Positions 30,480 through 40,101 of a stretch of DNA of 64,000 bases are shown here, in pieces. Location: IMG/VR virus record IMGVR_UViG_3300026119_000001; one strand, given 5' to 3'. Position 1 is the stretch's first letter. Every line of letters starts with the position of its first letter. The notes beneath the pieces were generated by a model that saw nothing but the letters and a program-made list of their open reading frames with translations, searched no databases and was not told where the DNA came from. Source of the stretch: an uncultured virus (IMG/VR IMGVR_UViG_3300026119_000001) (lineage: Duplodnaviria > Heunggongvirae > Uroviricota > Caudoviricetes). Position numbers and translations under genes: made by a program.

Positions 30480-31940
30480 CTAAAATTCTATAATCAATTT
30501 GATATTCTCGGTCTGATCCGCAGCTCTTGTAATTGGCGCTCTGTTTTCAACGTAAACTATATCTCCAGAGCCGTGGTCAATTTCTGAACTTGAATATCCA
30601 TTTGAAAATGTTTGATTGTTAACTGTACCTGTTGTTGTATCAGGTGTAACCGTTGCACTTGAAGATTGTCCAGTTATAATATTTGTTCCACTAAAAGCTG
30701 TTTGATTTCCGTTACTATCTATCCCCTCATCATTGTGTCTTGTTTGTATAAAATATAAAATTTTATTAGTAGAGTCCCATTCAATTACTGTTCCAACTGC
30801 ACCAGTTGACGCTTGATTTATTTCTTCATCAACTGTAAATGTTCCTGCTGATACTGAACCAACAGTAGCCGTTGTTGCTCTTAACGTAGCAGCAGTAGCA
30901 GCAACTCCACTTGATTTAGGGTCTCTTATTAAAGATACTTTTCTAAAATCATTTGCAACTGTAACATCACCAGAATTACCTGATTCTGTTCCTTCTAAAC
31001 TTGTATTTAACATAACAAAAAATCCACCTAATTCTTCAACTGCATTAAATCCGTGCCCGCCTATTGGTTCTATAATTACATCTAATTCCGAAGTAATTAA
31101 TGCTACACCACCAGCAGAATTAATATCTGCAATTCTAATATAAGCAAAAGTATATCCAGTACCTGGAGTTGTTACAGTTGCTGCTGTTACAGCACCTGAA
31201 GCAATTGTTACTGAACAAACCCCACCTGTTCCATCACCTCTTATAGGAACACTTGTGTGTGTACCATCTGTTCCTGCTGAACCTGGAGTTTTAATTTTAA
31301 TTACATTAATTGCACCATCAACTGCCGCTGTACTTACTGTTGAATCCGTTCCAACTGCCATAAAATCTACAGATAAAAAATCTGCTTGTTGTGAAGCAGT
31401 TAAAGTGTACATATATTTCCACTTATAACCGTCAGCAGTTAATTGAATAATTGTTGATGTTCCACTAGGTTCTACTGTAGAAAAAGCATTGTCATTATTA
31501 TCTAAACATTTATAAACATTTCTTGTTGATGATAATACATAAAACTTTGCATCATATAAAGTTGTAGCACCACTATTAGTAGTTGAAGCTGTTGTTGTGC
31601 CTGTTATATATTCGCCAATATCGTGTCTATAATAATCATAAACTGTGCCAGTTGTCCAATTTCTTCTAGGAATTACAAAGCCAACATTTGTACTTATAAC
31701 TTTTTTAACTGCCAACAAATCATCATAAGTATAATTTTGTGTATTAACATTATCTGGAGGTGTTACAGGTAATAAATCTGTTCCTTCGTTATTTGTTCTA
31801 TCATCACCTCTTGTAGAAGTAGTAAATTCTTGTGGTCTACCAATTCCTAAATAAAAAGTATTTCCAGAGGCTTCACTAAAAGCTTCTTGGAATTGTTCAC
31901 TATTGTGAACTCTAAATTTACTTGTTATAATTGCTGGCAT
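30480..31940 (-). CDS. baseplate wedge subunit gp8-like
   Basis: YLGIGRP, VIPRRNW..GTVYDYY, VYKCLDN, DGYKWKYMY, YVENR..ITRA.DQTENIKLIIEF. Confidence 0.88.
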   Translation of the reverse strand: MPAIITSKFRVHNSEQFQEAFSEASGNTFYLGIGRPQEFTTSTRGDDRTNNEGTDLLPVTPPDNVNTQNYTYDDLLAVKKVISTNVGFVIPRRNWTTGTVYDYYRHDIGEYITGTTTASTTNSGATTLYDAKFYVLSSTRNVYKCLDNNDNAFSTVEPSGTSTIIQLTADGYKWKYMYTLTASQQADFLSVDFMAVGTDSTVSTAAVDGAINVIKIKTPGSAGTDGTHTSVPIRGDGTGGVCSVTIASGAVTAATVTTPGTGYTFAYIRIADINSAGGVALITSELDVIIEPIGGHGFNAVEELGGFFVMLNTSLEGTESGNSGDVTVANDFRKVSLIRDPKSSGVAATAATLRATTATVGSVSAGTFTVDEEINQASTGAVGTVIEWDSTNKILYFIQTRHNDEGIDSNGNQTAFSGTNIITGQSSSATVTPDTTTGTVNNQTFSNGYSSSEIDHGSGDIVYVENRAPITRAADQTENIKLIIEF

Positions 31941-31958
31941 TTATTATTCCTTTTCTTA

Positions 31959-31966
31959 TATTTATA
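31959..31966 (-). promoter_or_regulatory. T4-type late promoter
   Basis: TATTTATA on plus, upstream of gp8. Confidence 0.75.
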
Positions 31967-31976
31967 CGAGTTTGTA

Positions 31977-33176
31977 CTATGTTATACTAATTGTTCCGTT
32001 TAGAGCTGCGTGAGCTGTACATTGATAATATAGAGTTGCTGGAGCGTCCATTTGAACGTGAAATATAATTGCACCAGTAGTAGCAGCATTATTGGTAACT
32101 CCATCATTATATACTGTACCACCTATACCTGTTGTTGATTGTATTCTATATGGGTGGGAACCACCAGCATTGTTAATAAAGTAATAAGTTTGACCTTTTT
32201 TCAAATGTAAATCAGGATTATCACCACTCGTACTTGCAAAACCAGCACCTGTAAATAAGAAACCAGTTCCGTTTTCAGTAACCAATAATTGAGAAATTGG
32301 TGTTTGTGTGTTTGCCCAAATTGTACCATTGTAAAATAATGTATCACCTGCTACTGGTGATAAATCAGTAAGGCTTATTAATTCTTTGTAACCTGAAACA
32401 GTTGCTATATATGGTTTTTCTGTTGCTTCATCTAAAGCAGGAGTACCTGAAAAGGTTGTATTACTTGGAAAACTAGCAAAATTTGCGTGATTAAATCTTA
32501 CAGATGAAGCTGAAGCATTAACTAGAAATTGAGCTGCACCAGAAATTGATAATCCATTTACTGTCGTAGCTACAGAACCTAACGCAACATTTGTATAACC
32601 TAATGTTACATAATCATTTGCTAATTGTGTATTTAAAATGTTAGCATTAGCATCTAGGTCTGTACCTGTAATTCCAGTAATTGCAATTGATAGTGTATCT
32701 CCAGTTACCGTTGTTTCAATTCCACCTCCACCTATAATTCCTAAAGTTTCACCTAAAGCAATTTGTGTAACAGTTGAAGAGTTGTCAGTAATAGATATTG
32801 GTTGAAATGTATTTGTAGGTGATGTTAAATTTTTATTTGTAAATACTTCTGTACCTGCTAATGTAGAAACAGATGAACCTGCTTTTTCTATTGTATTATC
32901 TGCTAAATCAATTGTTTTGTTTGTAAGAGTAGTAGTAGATGTGGCTGTAACAACTGTAGCGTCAACAGAAAGAGTTAAATCATTACCAACTAAATTTGAG
33001 CCAATACCAGTACCACCTATTACATTACGGAATAAACTACTGTCTATAATACTACCGTCACCTATAGCTGTATAAATTTCATCAAAATTATCATTGATTA
33101 TATCTCCACCCTCACGCAAATTAGTACCTGTGCCATCATTTGCTATTGTTCCTATTAAAATTGATTGTTTAGCCAT
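31977..33176 (-). CDS. baseplate/tail-fibre connector with gp9/gp10-like N-terminus
   Basis: MAKQ.I.IG..ANDGTG..LR.GG..IN.NF.E.Y; C-terminal LYYQCTAH cupredoxin-like module. Confidence 0.7.
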   Translation of the reverse strand: MAKQSILIGTIANDGTGTNLREGGDIINDNFDEIYTAIGDGSIIDSSLFRNVIGGTGIGSNLVGNDLTLSVDATVVTATSTTTLTNKTIDLADNTIEKAGSSVSTLAGTEVFTNKNLTSPTNTFQPISITDNSSTVTQIALGETLGIIGGGGIETTVTGDTLSIAITGITGTDLDANANILNTQLANDYVTLGYTNVALGSVATTVNGLSISGAAQFLVNASASSVRFNHANFASFPSNTTFSGTPALDEATEKPYIATVSGYKELISLTDLSPVAGDTLFYNGTIWANTQTPISQLLVTENGTGFLFTGAGFASTSGDNPDLHLKKGQTYYFINNAGGSHPYRIQSTTGIGGTVYNDGVTNNAATTGAIIFHVQMDAPATLYYQCTAHAALNGTISIT

Positions 33177-33198
33177 TTGTTCCTTTAAATTACTTTAC

Positions 33199-33206
33199 TA
33201 TTTATA
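33199..33206 (-). promoter_or_regulatory. T4-type late promoter
   Basis: TATTTATA on plus. Confidence 0.75.
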
Positions 33207-33210
33207 AAGA

Positions 33211-35805
33211 TTATGTTGAAGCATTATCAAAAGTTGTTGAAGTAGAACTAAATTCCGCTACTGTATTACTAAATAGATTTCTATTATATGTAATATATGA
33301 TGGCTGAGCAAAATTCATTTTAATAGTCCTACCATCTACATTGGAAGTCATCAAGAAAGCTCCTTGTCTTCCATCTAAACTAGAGTTTGTCGCAAAAACT
33401 TTTAACTCTTCTAATGTTTTAAACACTATTCCGTGACCAGCAGTTGATGTACCATATATCGTATTTACCCATTTATCAAGATTGCCCCACCTAGGACCTG
33501 CGTATGCCCATCCTCGTTTAACAAGAACACCATCAATAAATGACCTCTTTCTACTTGTATAATCTATTGAAAGACCTGGTCTTGTTAATGTAACATCTCT
33601 TTGACCAGCAGCAAAGTGTTCAATTGAATCTTCTGGTAGATATATTGTTCCACCTTCAAAAGCATTTGCTCTTAAAGATGTTCCATCATCTACTGTTCCT
33701 AATCTTCTTCCAAAGATTGTAGAGAATAGAGTATTAAGAATTGCAAATATTGGTATTTCAACTTCTTGTTTACCAGAAACAGCACCAACAAGTGGTAATG
33801 TTCCTCTAACATCTAATTGAGATTGTACATTTACTTGACCAGTAAAATAAAATCCTGCTGTGTGCATTGTCTTTTTAAATGCGTCACGCCATACTGAAAT
33901 TGAACGAGCAACTTTTAATACATAAGAAAAATCTTGATAGTATTTACTATCTTGTACTTTCATTGTTGTTTCAGAAAGCTTACCATCTTCATTAATAAAT
34001 TTACCGTCTGTATCTGAAACTGAAACAACATTAATTGAAGCAATAGAAACATCAACCTTTTTAATAGTTGCTGTACCACCTGTTTGTGATGTTACAGTAT
34101 CACCAATAGCAAAAGTACCAGTAACAGTTTTAATTCTTACTAATCCTTTAGCAACATCAAACGTATCTATTATTCCAGTTCCAGCACTAGTACTAGTAAT
34201 AGTAGTATTTGGTTGGAATGATCCTGTAACACCTATTACAATACAACTATTATAAAATCCTAATTGTGGAGGTGTAGGCGCTAATTCATATTTCTTTCCT
34301 AACTCAATTGTTTTTAATGCAACAATTCTTCCAATTTCATCACCCCACGCTCTTATAGCTGCTGCTGTACCTGTATTTGAAGTTACAGTAACATTTGGTA
34401 ATGTAGAATAACCTGAACCATTTTGTATTAAAAATAAATCTTCAATTGATCCTACACCTAAAGCACTTTCTTGCATAATGACATTACCAAAATATGGGTC
34501 ACCTGACATTGTGCCGTCTTCTAATGTTATTTTATTTCCTGTATTATCTTCATTAATAATACCACCATTAATAATTTTTACAAAACCACTTGCATTTAAT
34601 CCACCTGTACCAGTATTAGTAAAATTTAAAACATCTCCAACTTGATAATTTACTCCTGGATTATCAATTACAATGTCTGTAATTCCACCTATACCAATTT
34701 CATCAATAGCAAATATAGCACCAGTCCCACCTGCAACAAGTGAAACATAATCAGCTGTAGTATTTAATGCACCATTATTTTGAATTACTTTTGTTCCTGG
34801 AATACCTGTTATAGTTGCTTTAATATACCAATCGTCTGTATCAGAAGCAGAACCTTGTATTTGTTCTCCAACTTGAAATGTGCCTTGAATAGAATCATTA
34901 TTTAATATAAATTGAGAAACTGTATCTGCACCAATTTGATACGTTGCAACATTTTCAACAACTGCATATGCTTTACTAATAGTACCTGTAATTGTTCTTC
35001 CAATTAATTGTGTTGTATCGCCTATATCTGGAATTACTCTTAAAACTTTTAATGTATCAAATTTACCATCTGATACTCTTAATAATTGTTCTCTAGGATA
35101 AAATGTTTGTGCCTCTTCATTAAATAATATTCTAAAAAATATTTCGTGTCCTCTATTTGTACCTTTAGAACGATAAAGTGAATTAACATTTTTAATAAGA
35201 TTTCTTTTATTAACATCATTTGCTAATGTATCTGGTAGTGTTACAAGAAACTCATCTCTAAACTTTGTTAAAAAATTATCAATTACATTATCGGGGTCTC
35301 TAAAATGAATTAAATCAGAAATATTGTTTACAGGATTTGGTGTATAACTGTCTATAGTTGCATATGCATTTGAAGTTCCACCTACAACTGTTTCTCCTTT
35401 TATAAATTTATTTTGAGCAGATATGAATAAACGACCATTATTTAAATCTTCGGTTAAAACTGTTGCTATTGCGTTTGATGTTTGACCTGTTATAATTTCT
35501 CCACGAGTAAATTTTCCATATTCAGTACCAGAGTAAATTTCAAAAATAATTTTATCACCTGCGTCTAGTAATGTTCTTGCAGTACCTATAGCACTAGAAT
35601 TCAAAACTAAATTATTTGCTTGTGCTGTTTCTGTTTCTAATAAAATACCTTCTGTAGATTTAACAGAAGTTACTGATAATTCAGCAGACTCTAATAATTG
35701 GTAATAGACTTTAAGAAATTCGGCAAACTTTGGATGTTGTTCAATTACAAATTCTGGTAATTGACTAGAGAGTATTGTAGAAATTTTATCATTAAATTTT
35801 GCCAT
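33211..35805 (-). CDS. baseplate wedge protein gp7-like
   Basis: SQLPEFV, LYRSKGT..FFRILF, QDSKYYQDFSYVLK, HTAGF; follows gp6. Confidence 0.8.
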   Translation of the reverse strand: MAKFNDKISTILSSQLPEFVIEQHPKFAEFLKVYYQLLESAELSVTSVKSTEGILLETETAQANNLVLNSSAIGTARTLLDAGDKIIFEIYSGTEYGKFTRGEIITGQTSNAIATVLTEDLNNGRLFISAQNKFIKGETVVGGTSNAYATIDSYTPNPVNNISDLIHFRDPDNVIDNFLTKFRDEFLVTLPDTLANDVNKRNLIKNVNSLYRSKGTNRGHEIFFRILFNEEAQTFYPREQLLRVSDGKFDTLKVLRVIPDIGDTTQLIGRTITGTISKAYAVVENVATYQIGADTVSQFILNNDSIQGTFQVGEQIQGSASDTDDWYIKATITGIPGTKVIQNNGALNTTADYVSLVAGGTGAIFAIDEIGIGGITDIVIDNPGVNYQVGDVLNFTNTGTGGLNASGFVKIINGGIINEDNTGNKITLEDGTMSGDPYFGNVIMQESALGVGSIEDLFLIQNGSGYSTLPNVTVTSNTGTAAAIRAWGDEIGRIVALKTIELGKKYELAPTPPQLGFYNSCIVIGVTGSFQPNTTITSTSAGTGIIDTFDVAKGLVRIKTVTGTFAIGDTVTSQTGGTATIKKVDVSIASINVVSVSDTDGKFINEDGKLSETTMKVQDSKYYQDFSYVLKVARSISVWRDAFKKTMHTAGFYFTGQVNVQSQLDVRGTLPLVGAVSGKQEVEIPIFAILNTLFSTIFGRRLGTVDDGTSLRANAFEGGTIYLPEDSIEHFAAGQRDVTLTRPGLSIDYTSRKRSFIDGVLVKRGWAYAGPRWGNLDKWVNTIYGTSTAGHGIVFKTLEELKVFATNSSLDGRQGAFLMTSNVDGRTIKMNFAQPSYITYNRNLFSNTVAEFSSTSTTFDNAST

Positions 35806-35811
35806 TGGTCA

Positions 35812-37665
35812 TTAATAACTGGAAGTTGTTGTGTAGCCCACACCAGCTTCAGCAGAACCTCCTACAAAAGAATCAGCGGTAACTGTTATATTTGAATTCC
35901 CAACATCAATTTCTACAATTTGGTCTCTAACAGGAACAACATCATTTGAATTTGGTGTTACTGTTAATTGAACTATAGTTGAAACTTTTCCTCCTATATT
36001 TGTTATACTAGCAATTTTTAAAGAGTTAATTGTAACTGCACCTGTGCTATAATCAATTGTACCTTGTGATGAATTTAAATAACTTTTTACACCACTAGCA
36101 AGAAAATATAATCTTACATTACCTGCTCCATCACTATCAAAAAAGAATTCGTTATCATTTCCATCTATTTTAAATCCTGTTGAACTTAATATCCCACCTG
36201 TACTTGCTAAATGTCCAGAGTGTGGATTATATAATGCATTTCTAAAATAAACAAAATATTTTGATGATGATAAAAGTATTGGTGTAAAATCTTTTCTTAT
36301 TTTAACAGTTGTTATATTTGATAAAATACTATCATCTGTTTCATCAATCAAACCTGTAACTTTTGAAAATCTGAATACTGAATCAAACTTTTGTAAATTT
36401 TCTGTATTATAATTTATTAGTGTATTAATAACTTCTGCTTTTATAGTTGAAGCAGTTTTTGCTGTTGCCTTTGCGTCATACTTAACATTTGAAGTAATTA
36501 ATACGGATGTTGTTTCTGGATCTTTTATAACAGGTCTTACTGAAGCAACGTTAAAAGGTCTTAATTGAGTTACAATATCTGCTTTCGTTGTATCAGTTAA
36601 CGTAGAACCTGAAGCAGCTTTAATAGAAATATTTACAACACCATATTGTGGAGTTTCATCATCTTCACCACCCCACGCACTTATTGATAATGCATTTGGA
36701 TAAATTGATTTAACCAACGTTTCATAATCAGTTGCTGTGACTGCTCTATCTTGAGCTGAATATTGTAGAGGTGCATTAAATTTTATTGATTCACTTGTTT
36801 CACCTTCTGACCCTCCTTGAGAATTTGAATCAGTTGAAATAGTAACGTCTGTATAACCACCAACGTTTCCATTTAATGCAAATGTTGAAGCTCCATTTGA
36901 ATCTGTTCTATTAGTAATAACATATTCCATAATAACTATATTATCATCACTTAATTTTTTACCTGTTACACCATCACCAAAATAAATTTGAAATTTTCCA
37001 TCAATTGTTTCTTGTATAAAATAAACTTTTGAATCACTTGATACACTATTATAACCACCTGCTAAAGCATAAACACTTTGTGTTGTATCAGTTGAACTAT
37101 TTTGAACTATAATTTTTAATGTTGATGTATCTGCTGTATTAGTTGGTATAACTAATTTTTGGTCTGGATCATTTATATCATAAACATATTTAAATGTAAC
37201 CAACGTTCCTTCATAAATTGTAGCATTTTTAAATTCGTAAATACCATCAACTGGTGAAATTGTTATATCTTCATTTGTTACATACTGATATTCTACTGAA
37301 TTAACTGTAGTTGAAAAAACTGTTCCTTTTACCATTGTAACAGACGAACCAATTGCATTATTTAATTTAATATCAATAGATGCTCTTGGTGCTCTAGGAG
37401 ATGAAGGTGTATAACCTAACATCTTTGCTAATGATACAATATTATTTCTAATATCAGCACTATCCAAATACAATTCGTTAGTTGACATATTAGCAATATA
37501 TGACAAATAATGTGTGTTGTAAGATAACACGTCTAATAGAATTGAAAGACCAGAACCATCAAAGTCATAATCTTGAAATTGTGTTTGACTTTGTAAAAAT
37601 GTTTTTAGATTTGATTTGATTTTATCAAAATCTAATTCTGATATTTGTAATTTGTGTTGTGCCAT
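35812..37665 (-). CDS. baseplate wedge subunit gp6
   Basis: LDFDKIK.NLK, DYDFDGSGLS.LLDVL.YNTHY, FGDG..G, QDRAVT..DY, WGGE. Confidence 0.92.
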   Translation of the reverse strand: MAQHKLQISELDFDKIKSNLKTFLQSQTQFQDYDFDGSGLSILLDVLSYNTHYLSYIANMSTNELYLDSADIRNNIVSLAKMLGYTPSSPRAPRASIDIKLNNAIGSSVTMVKGTVFSTTVNSVEYQYVTNEDITISPVDGIYEFKNATIYEGTLVTFKYVYDINDPDQKLVIPTNTADTSTLKIIVQNSSTDTTQSVYALAGGYNSVSSDSKVYFIQETIDGKFQIYFGDGVTGKKLSDDNIVIMEYVITNRTDSNGASTFALNGNVGGYTDVTISTDSNSQGGSEGETSESIKFNAPLQYSAQDRAVTATDYETLVKSIYPNALSISAWGGEDDETPQYGVVNISIKAASGSTLTDTTKADIVTQLRPFNVASVRPVIKDPETTSVLITSNVKYDAKATAKTASTIKAEVINTLINYNTENLQKFDSVFRFSKVTGLIDETDDSILSNITTVKIRKDFTPILLSSSKYFVYFRNALYNPHSGHLASTGGILSSTGFKIDGNDNEFFFDSDGAGNVRLYFLASGVKSYLNSSQGTIDYSTGAVTINSLKIASITNIGGKVSTIVQLTVTPNSNDVVPVRDQIVEIDVGNSNITVTADSFVGGSAEAGVGYTTTSSY

Positions 37666-37666
37666 C

Positions 37667-38152
37667 TTATCTTAACCTTTGTAATTGTACATTAACTACT
37701 TGTGGAAGAGCAATACCTATAATATAAAAATGTATATCTACTCGTAATCTATTGCTATCTATATCTTCACCAATAGCTGGATTCATTGATTCAAAAGTAT
37801 CATCATTAATTATAATTGAAGTTAAAGAAATTCTTGGTTCATTATTTACCAAAACTTCTTCTATTTTTCTTTTTAAAAATACTGATGTTAATGGTGTATA
37901 ATTTTCAAAAAGAAGTTGTCTTACTCCACAACCTAATTCAGGATGGAAAAGTCTTTCATAAAAGTTTGTTTGTACTAAATTTTTAACAGCTCTTTTAATT
38001 GCTATGACATCTTCAACAGTATTAACATCATTGGTAACTATATTTCTACCAAAATTCAAATCTATATCTTTGAATTTCCTAGATTGTTTAGTACTAGTAC
38101 TTTTTACACTAGGAGTCCAATCACCTAAAAATGTTTGATTTGATTGTGCCAT
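37667..38152 (-). CDS. baseplate wedge subunit gp25
   Basis: FKDIDLNF, AIKRAVKNL..T..YERLFHP.LG, EPRI; ATG at 38152. Confidence 0.9.
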   Translation of the reverse strand: MAQSNQTFLGDWTPSVKSTSTKQSRKFKDIDLNFGRNIVTNDVNTVEDVIAIKRAVKNLVQTNFYERLFHPELGCGVRQLLFENYTPLTSVFLKRKIEEVLVNNEPRISLTSIIINDDTFESMNPAIGEDIDSNRLRVDIHFYIIGIALPQVVNVQLQRLR

Positions 38153-38158
38153 ATACAA

Positions 38159-38166
38159 TATTTATA
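38159..38166 (-). promoter_or_regulatory. T4-type late promoter
   Basis: TATTTATA on plus just upstream of gp25. Confidence 0.7.
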
Positions 38167-38169
38167 CGT

Positions 38170-38469
38170 TTATCCTGCGAAGACTGTATCTGATCCTTGA
38201 GTCATTTGTCCTGCGTCTGTGGAATCATCTTTTCTTGCAATAGACAACCCTACTACATTAACTGTTGAAGAACCTACATTAACAACAGCAACGTGTGGAG
38301 CGCAAGGAGGTGATGGTGGAAAAGGATGTGATATAGTTTTATCTGTTTTTCTTGCTATTAAAATACCATTTGCGAAAACCGTACTTTGAGTAGGAGTATC
38401 TAATATAGTTGTTGAGGCACAAATATGGCCTGTTGATAAACTATCACCTTTTCTACTTACTTTTGGCAT
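38170..38469 (-). CDS. PAAR-domain spike tip protein (gp5.4-like)
   Basis: SRKGD, IARKTD, GSSTV, IARKDD, GSDTVFAG; His/Cys metal ligands. Confidence 0.88.
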   Translation of the reverse strand: MPKVSRKGDSLSTGHICASTTILDTPTQSTVFANGILIARKTDKTISHPFPPSPPCAPHVAVVNVGSSTVNVVGLSIARKDDSTDAGQMTQGSDTVFAG

Positions 38470-38537
38470 TATTCTTTATTTCCGTAAACTTCTCTTTCCA
38501 TTCTCATTATAAATCTGTAAAATTCGTCTTCGCTCAT
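38469..38537 (-). CDS. 22-aa micro-ORF MSEDEFYRFIMRMEREVYGNKE
   Basis: Hand translation; ATGA overlap with the bL12 stop and TAATG overlap with the PAAR start. Confidence 0.5.
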   Translation of the reverse strand: MSEDEFYRFIMRMEREVYGNKE

Positions 38538-38899
38538 TGTATCTCTACTTTCCCACCTACTAATTCCAACTCTTTAGTTATTTTATCTGCTTCTTCTTGT
38601 TCTAGGTCTTCTTTAACTACAGAAGGAGCATCTTCTACAAAATTCTTTGCTTCTAACAAACCCATATCTCTAAAATGTCTAATTTTTTGAATAACTGGTA
38701 TTTTTTTACCAACTTCAAACCCTATTAAAACCACTTTAACTAATTTTGCTACTTTTTCTTCAACAATAGGTGCAGGTGCTGAAGTTAATGCCGCTAAATT
38801 TAAATTCCAAGCCTTTTCCAATTTTTTAGATAATTCTCCAGCTTCAATAACTGTTAATTTACCTAATTGCTCTACTAAACTATCAATTGAGGTTGCCAT
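38534..38899 (-). CDS. rplL: 50S ribosomal protein bL12 (L7/L12), full length
   Basis: N-domain LVEQLGKLTVIEAGELSKKLE, Ala/Pro hinge, C-domain KKIPVIQKIR..GLLEAKNFVEDAP..EEADKI.KELE.VGGKVEI; ATG at 38899. Confidence 0.92.
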   Translation of the reverse strand: MATSIDSLVEQLGKLTVIEAGELSKKLEKAWNLNLAALTSAPAPIVEEKVAKLVKVVLIGFEVGKKIPVIQKIRHFRDMGLLEAKNFVEDAPSVVKEDLEQEEADKITKELELVGGKVEIQ

Positions 38900-39065
38900 C
38901 TTTAAAACTTTTAGTTTGCATATTACCTTTTTTATTAGTATAAGTACAATACCCATTAAATTTGGGATATTTCATTAATAAACTTTTTTTAAATTTTTTA
39001 TAACTCATCGCTTGCATAATTTCAGCGGTTCCATCATCTTTTGTTACTGTATATTCATATCTCAT
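38883..39065 (-). CDS. hypothetical protein
   Basis: 60 aa, coupled to neighbours. Confidence 0.6.
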   Translation of the reverse strand: MRYEYTVTKDDGTAEIMQAMSYKKFKKSLLMKYPKFNGYCTYTNKKGNMQTKSFKDGNLN

Positions 39066-39223
39066 TATGTTTCTTCCGATTGTCCAGGGTAACTTTCATC
39101 ATTTAGTGGTAAAGCGCAATCATCACAACGGCAATATTTACAAATTTCAATATTATTTGTTTCTATCATTTCTCTTTTGGGTTTTCCGCAATGGGATTCT
39201 CTTCCACAATTCTGACAATACAT
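39065..39223 (-). CDS. 52-aa Cys-rich putative metal-binding protein
   Basis: Hand translation MYCQNCGRESHCGKPKREMIETNNIEICKYCRCDDCALPLNDESYPGQSEET; AAGGAGGG SD. Confidence 0.7.
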   Translation of the reverse strand: MYCQNCGRESHCGKPKREMIETNNIEICKYCRCDDCALPLNDESYPGQSEET

Positions 39224-39349
39224 TTTTACCCTCCTTTTTATATTATTTATTAAAAACTACAAGAAACTTGGGCAACTTGTTTTGCGATTCGTTCTAAATC
39301 AGTAATCCAACGGCACTCTTGCAATTTTACGCAAGAAACCAAGAACATA

Positions 39350-39364
39350 GAACAAAATATGAAC
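39350..39364 (+). promoter_or_regulatory. GAAC-N7-GAAC direct repeat (alphaproteobacterial LexA-box-like)
   Basis: GAAC AAAATAT GAAC, with a third GAAC at 39343. Confidence 0.5.
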
Positions 39365-39415
39365 AAAAGTATTATTAACCTGTTGATTTTCTTCACTTTT
39401 TCCTTCATTTTTTAC

Positions 39416-39444
39416 TTGACTCTCCCTTATATTTAGTATAGTAT
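39416..39444 (+). promoter_or_regulatory. sigma70-type early promoter
   Basis: TTGACT-N17-TAGTAT with T-rich upstream element, before the AAAGGA SD of 39466. Confidence 0.75.
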
Positions 39445-39465
39445 ATAGATAATGAAAGGAACACT

Positions 39466-39690
39466 ATGTTTAAAAGTATGAACACTTACCAATTTAGACT
39501 TGAAGGCGATTTTGATATCGAATCAGGTGTAAATAACCAAACAATTGATGAAATTAAAAAATCTTTTGTAAATAATAATAGAATTGCTGTTGTAGAAGCA
39601 GACGAATCTGCTTATGACGGTATAATCGTCAAATCTTACTCTTCTAAAGAAGATTGTCAAAGAATACTTGATGGAGAAATGATTAACTAA
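39466..39690 (+). CDS. early hypothetical protein
   Basis: 74 aa, own promoter and SD, opposite strand to neighbours. Confidence 0.7.
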   Translation: MFKSMNTYQFRLEGDFDIESGVNNQTIDEIKKSFVNNNRIAVVEADESAYDGIIVKSYSSKEDCQRILDGEMIN

Positions 39691-39785
39691 TTAAAAATGT
39701 GGAAAATTAATACAATTTGCATATCTGCAATAATCGTTTTGATGTATTGCAATCATTTGCTTAATATCTACGGTTAAATACTTAA

Positions 39786-39832
39786 AAAGGAATGCCGTGG
39801 GGTTAACTCATTTATCCCCACCGCTTTCCTTT
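39786..39832. terminator. long imperfect hairpin between convergent units
   Basis: AAAGGAATGCCGTGGGGTTAA pairs with TTATCCCCACCGCTTTCCTTT, ~21 bp with 3 mismatches. Confidence 0.45.
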
Positions 39833-39928
39833 AGACGTATTTCTATCTTTAGCACCTACAGTATAGCCAATTCCAAAGGATATGGCTATCACTGTACAAA
39901 TGGCTAATATGTGCCATACCCAAAACAT
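39812..39928 (-). CDS. 38-aa single-TM micro-protein
   Basis: Hand translation MFWVWHILAICTVIAISFGIGYTVGAKDRNTSKGKRWG. Confidence 0.5.
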   Translation of the reverse strand: MFWVWHILAICTVIAISFGIGYTVGAKDRNTSKGKRWG

Positions 39929-39930
39929 TA

Positions 39931-40098
39931 CTATTTTTTAACTCCAATAAGTTTATCTTTTAACGCTAATTTCATCTTCTTCAAATCTTTTAATGTTTTC
40001 CACGCACTAGAAGTCCTATCTAGTTGTCTTATTGTTTCTGCTTCATTAACTTGAGTCTTCAATTGTTTATGTTCTCTTTTAAACGGATTTAAATTCAT
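39931..40098 (-). CDS. DUF465/YdcH-like small coiled-coil protein
   Basis: Hand translation MNLNPFKREHKQLKTQV...LKKMKLALKDKL; AAGGAG SD. Confidence 0.6.
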   Translation of the reverse strand: MNLNPFKREHKQLKTQVNEAETIRQLDRTSSAWKTLKDLKKMKLALKDKLIGVKK

Positions 40099-40101
40099 CT
40101 T

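Noticed and set aside
38900..38956. N-terminal extension of bL12 in the ORF track
   Set aside because: Overlaps the upstream 60-aa gene; bL12 similarity begins at ATG 38899
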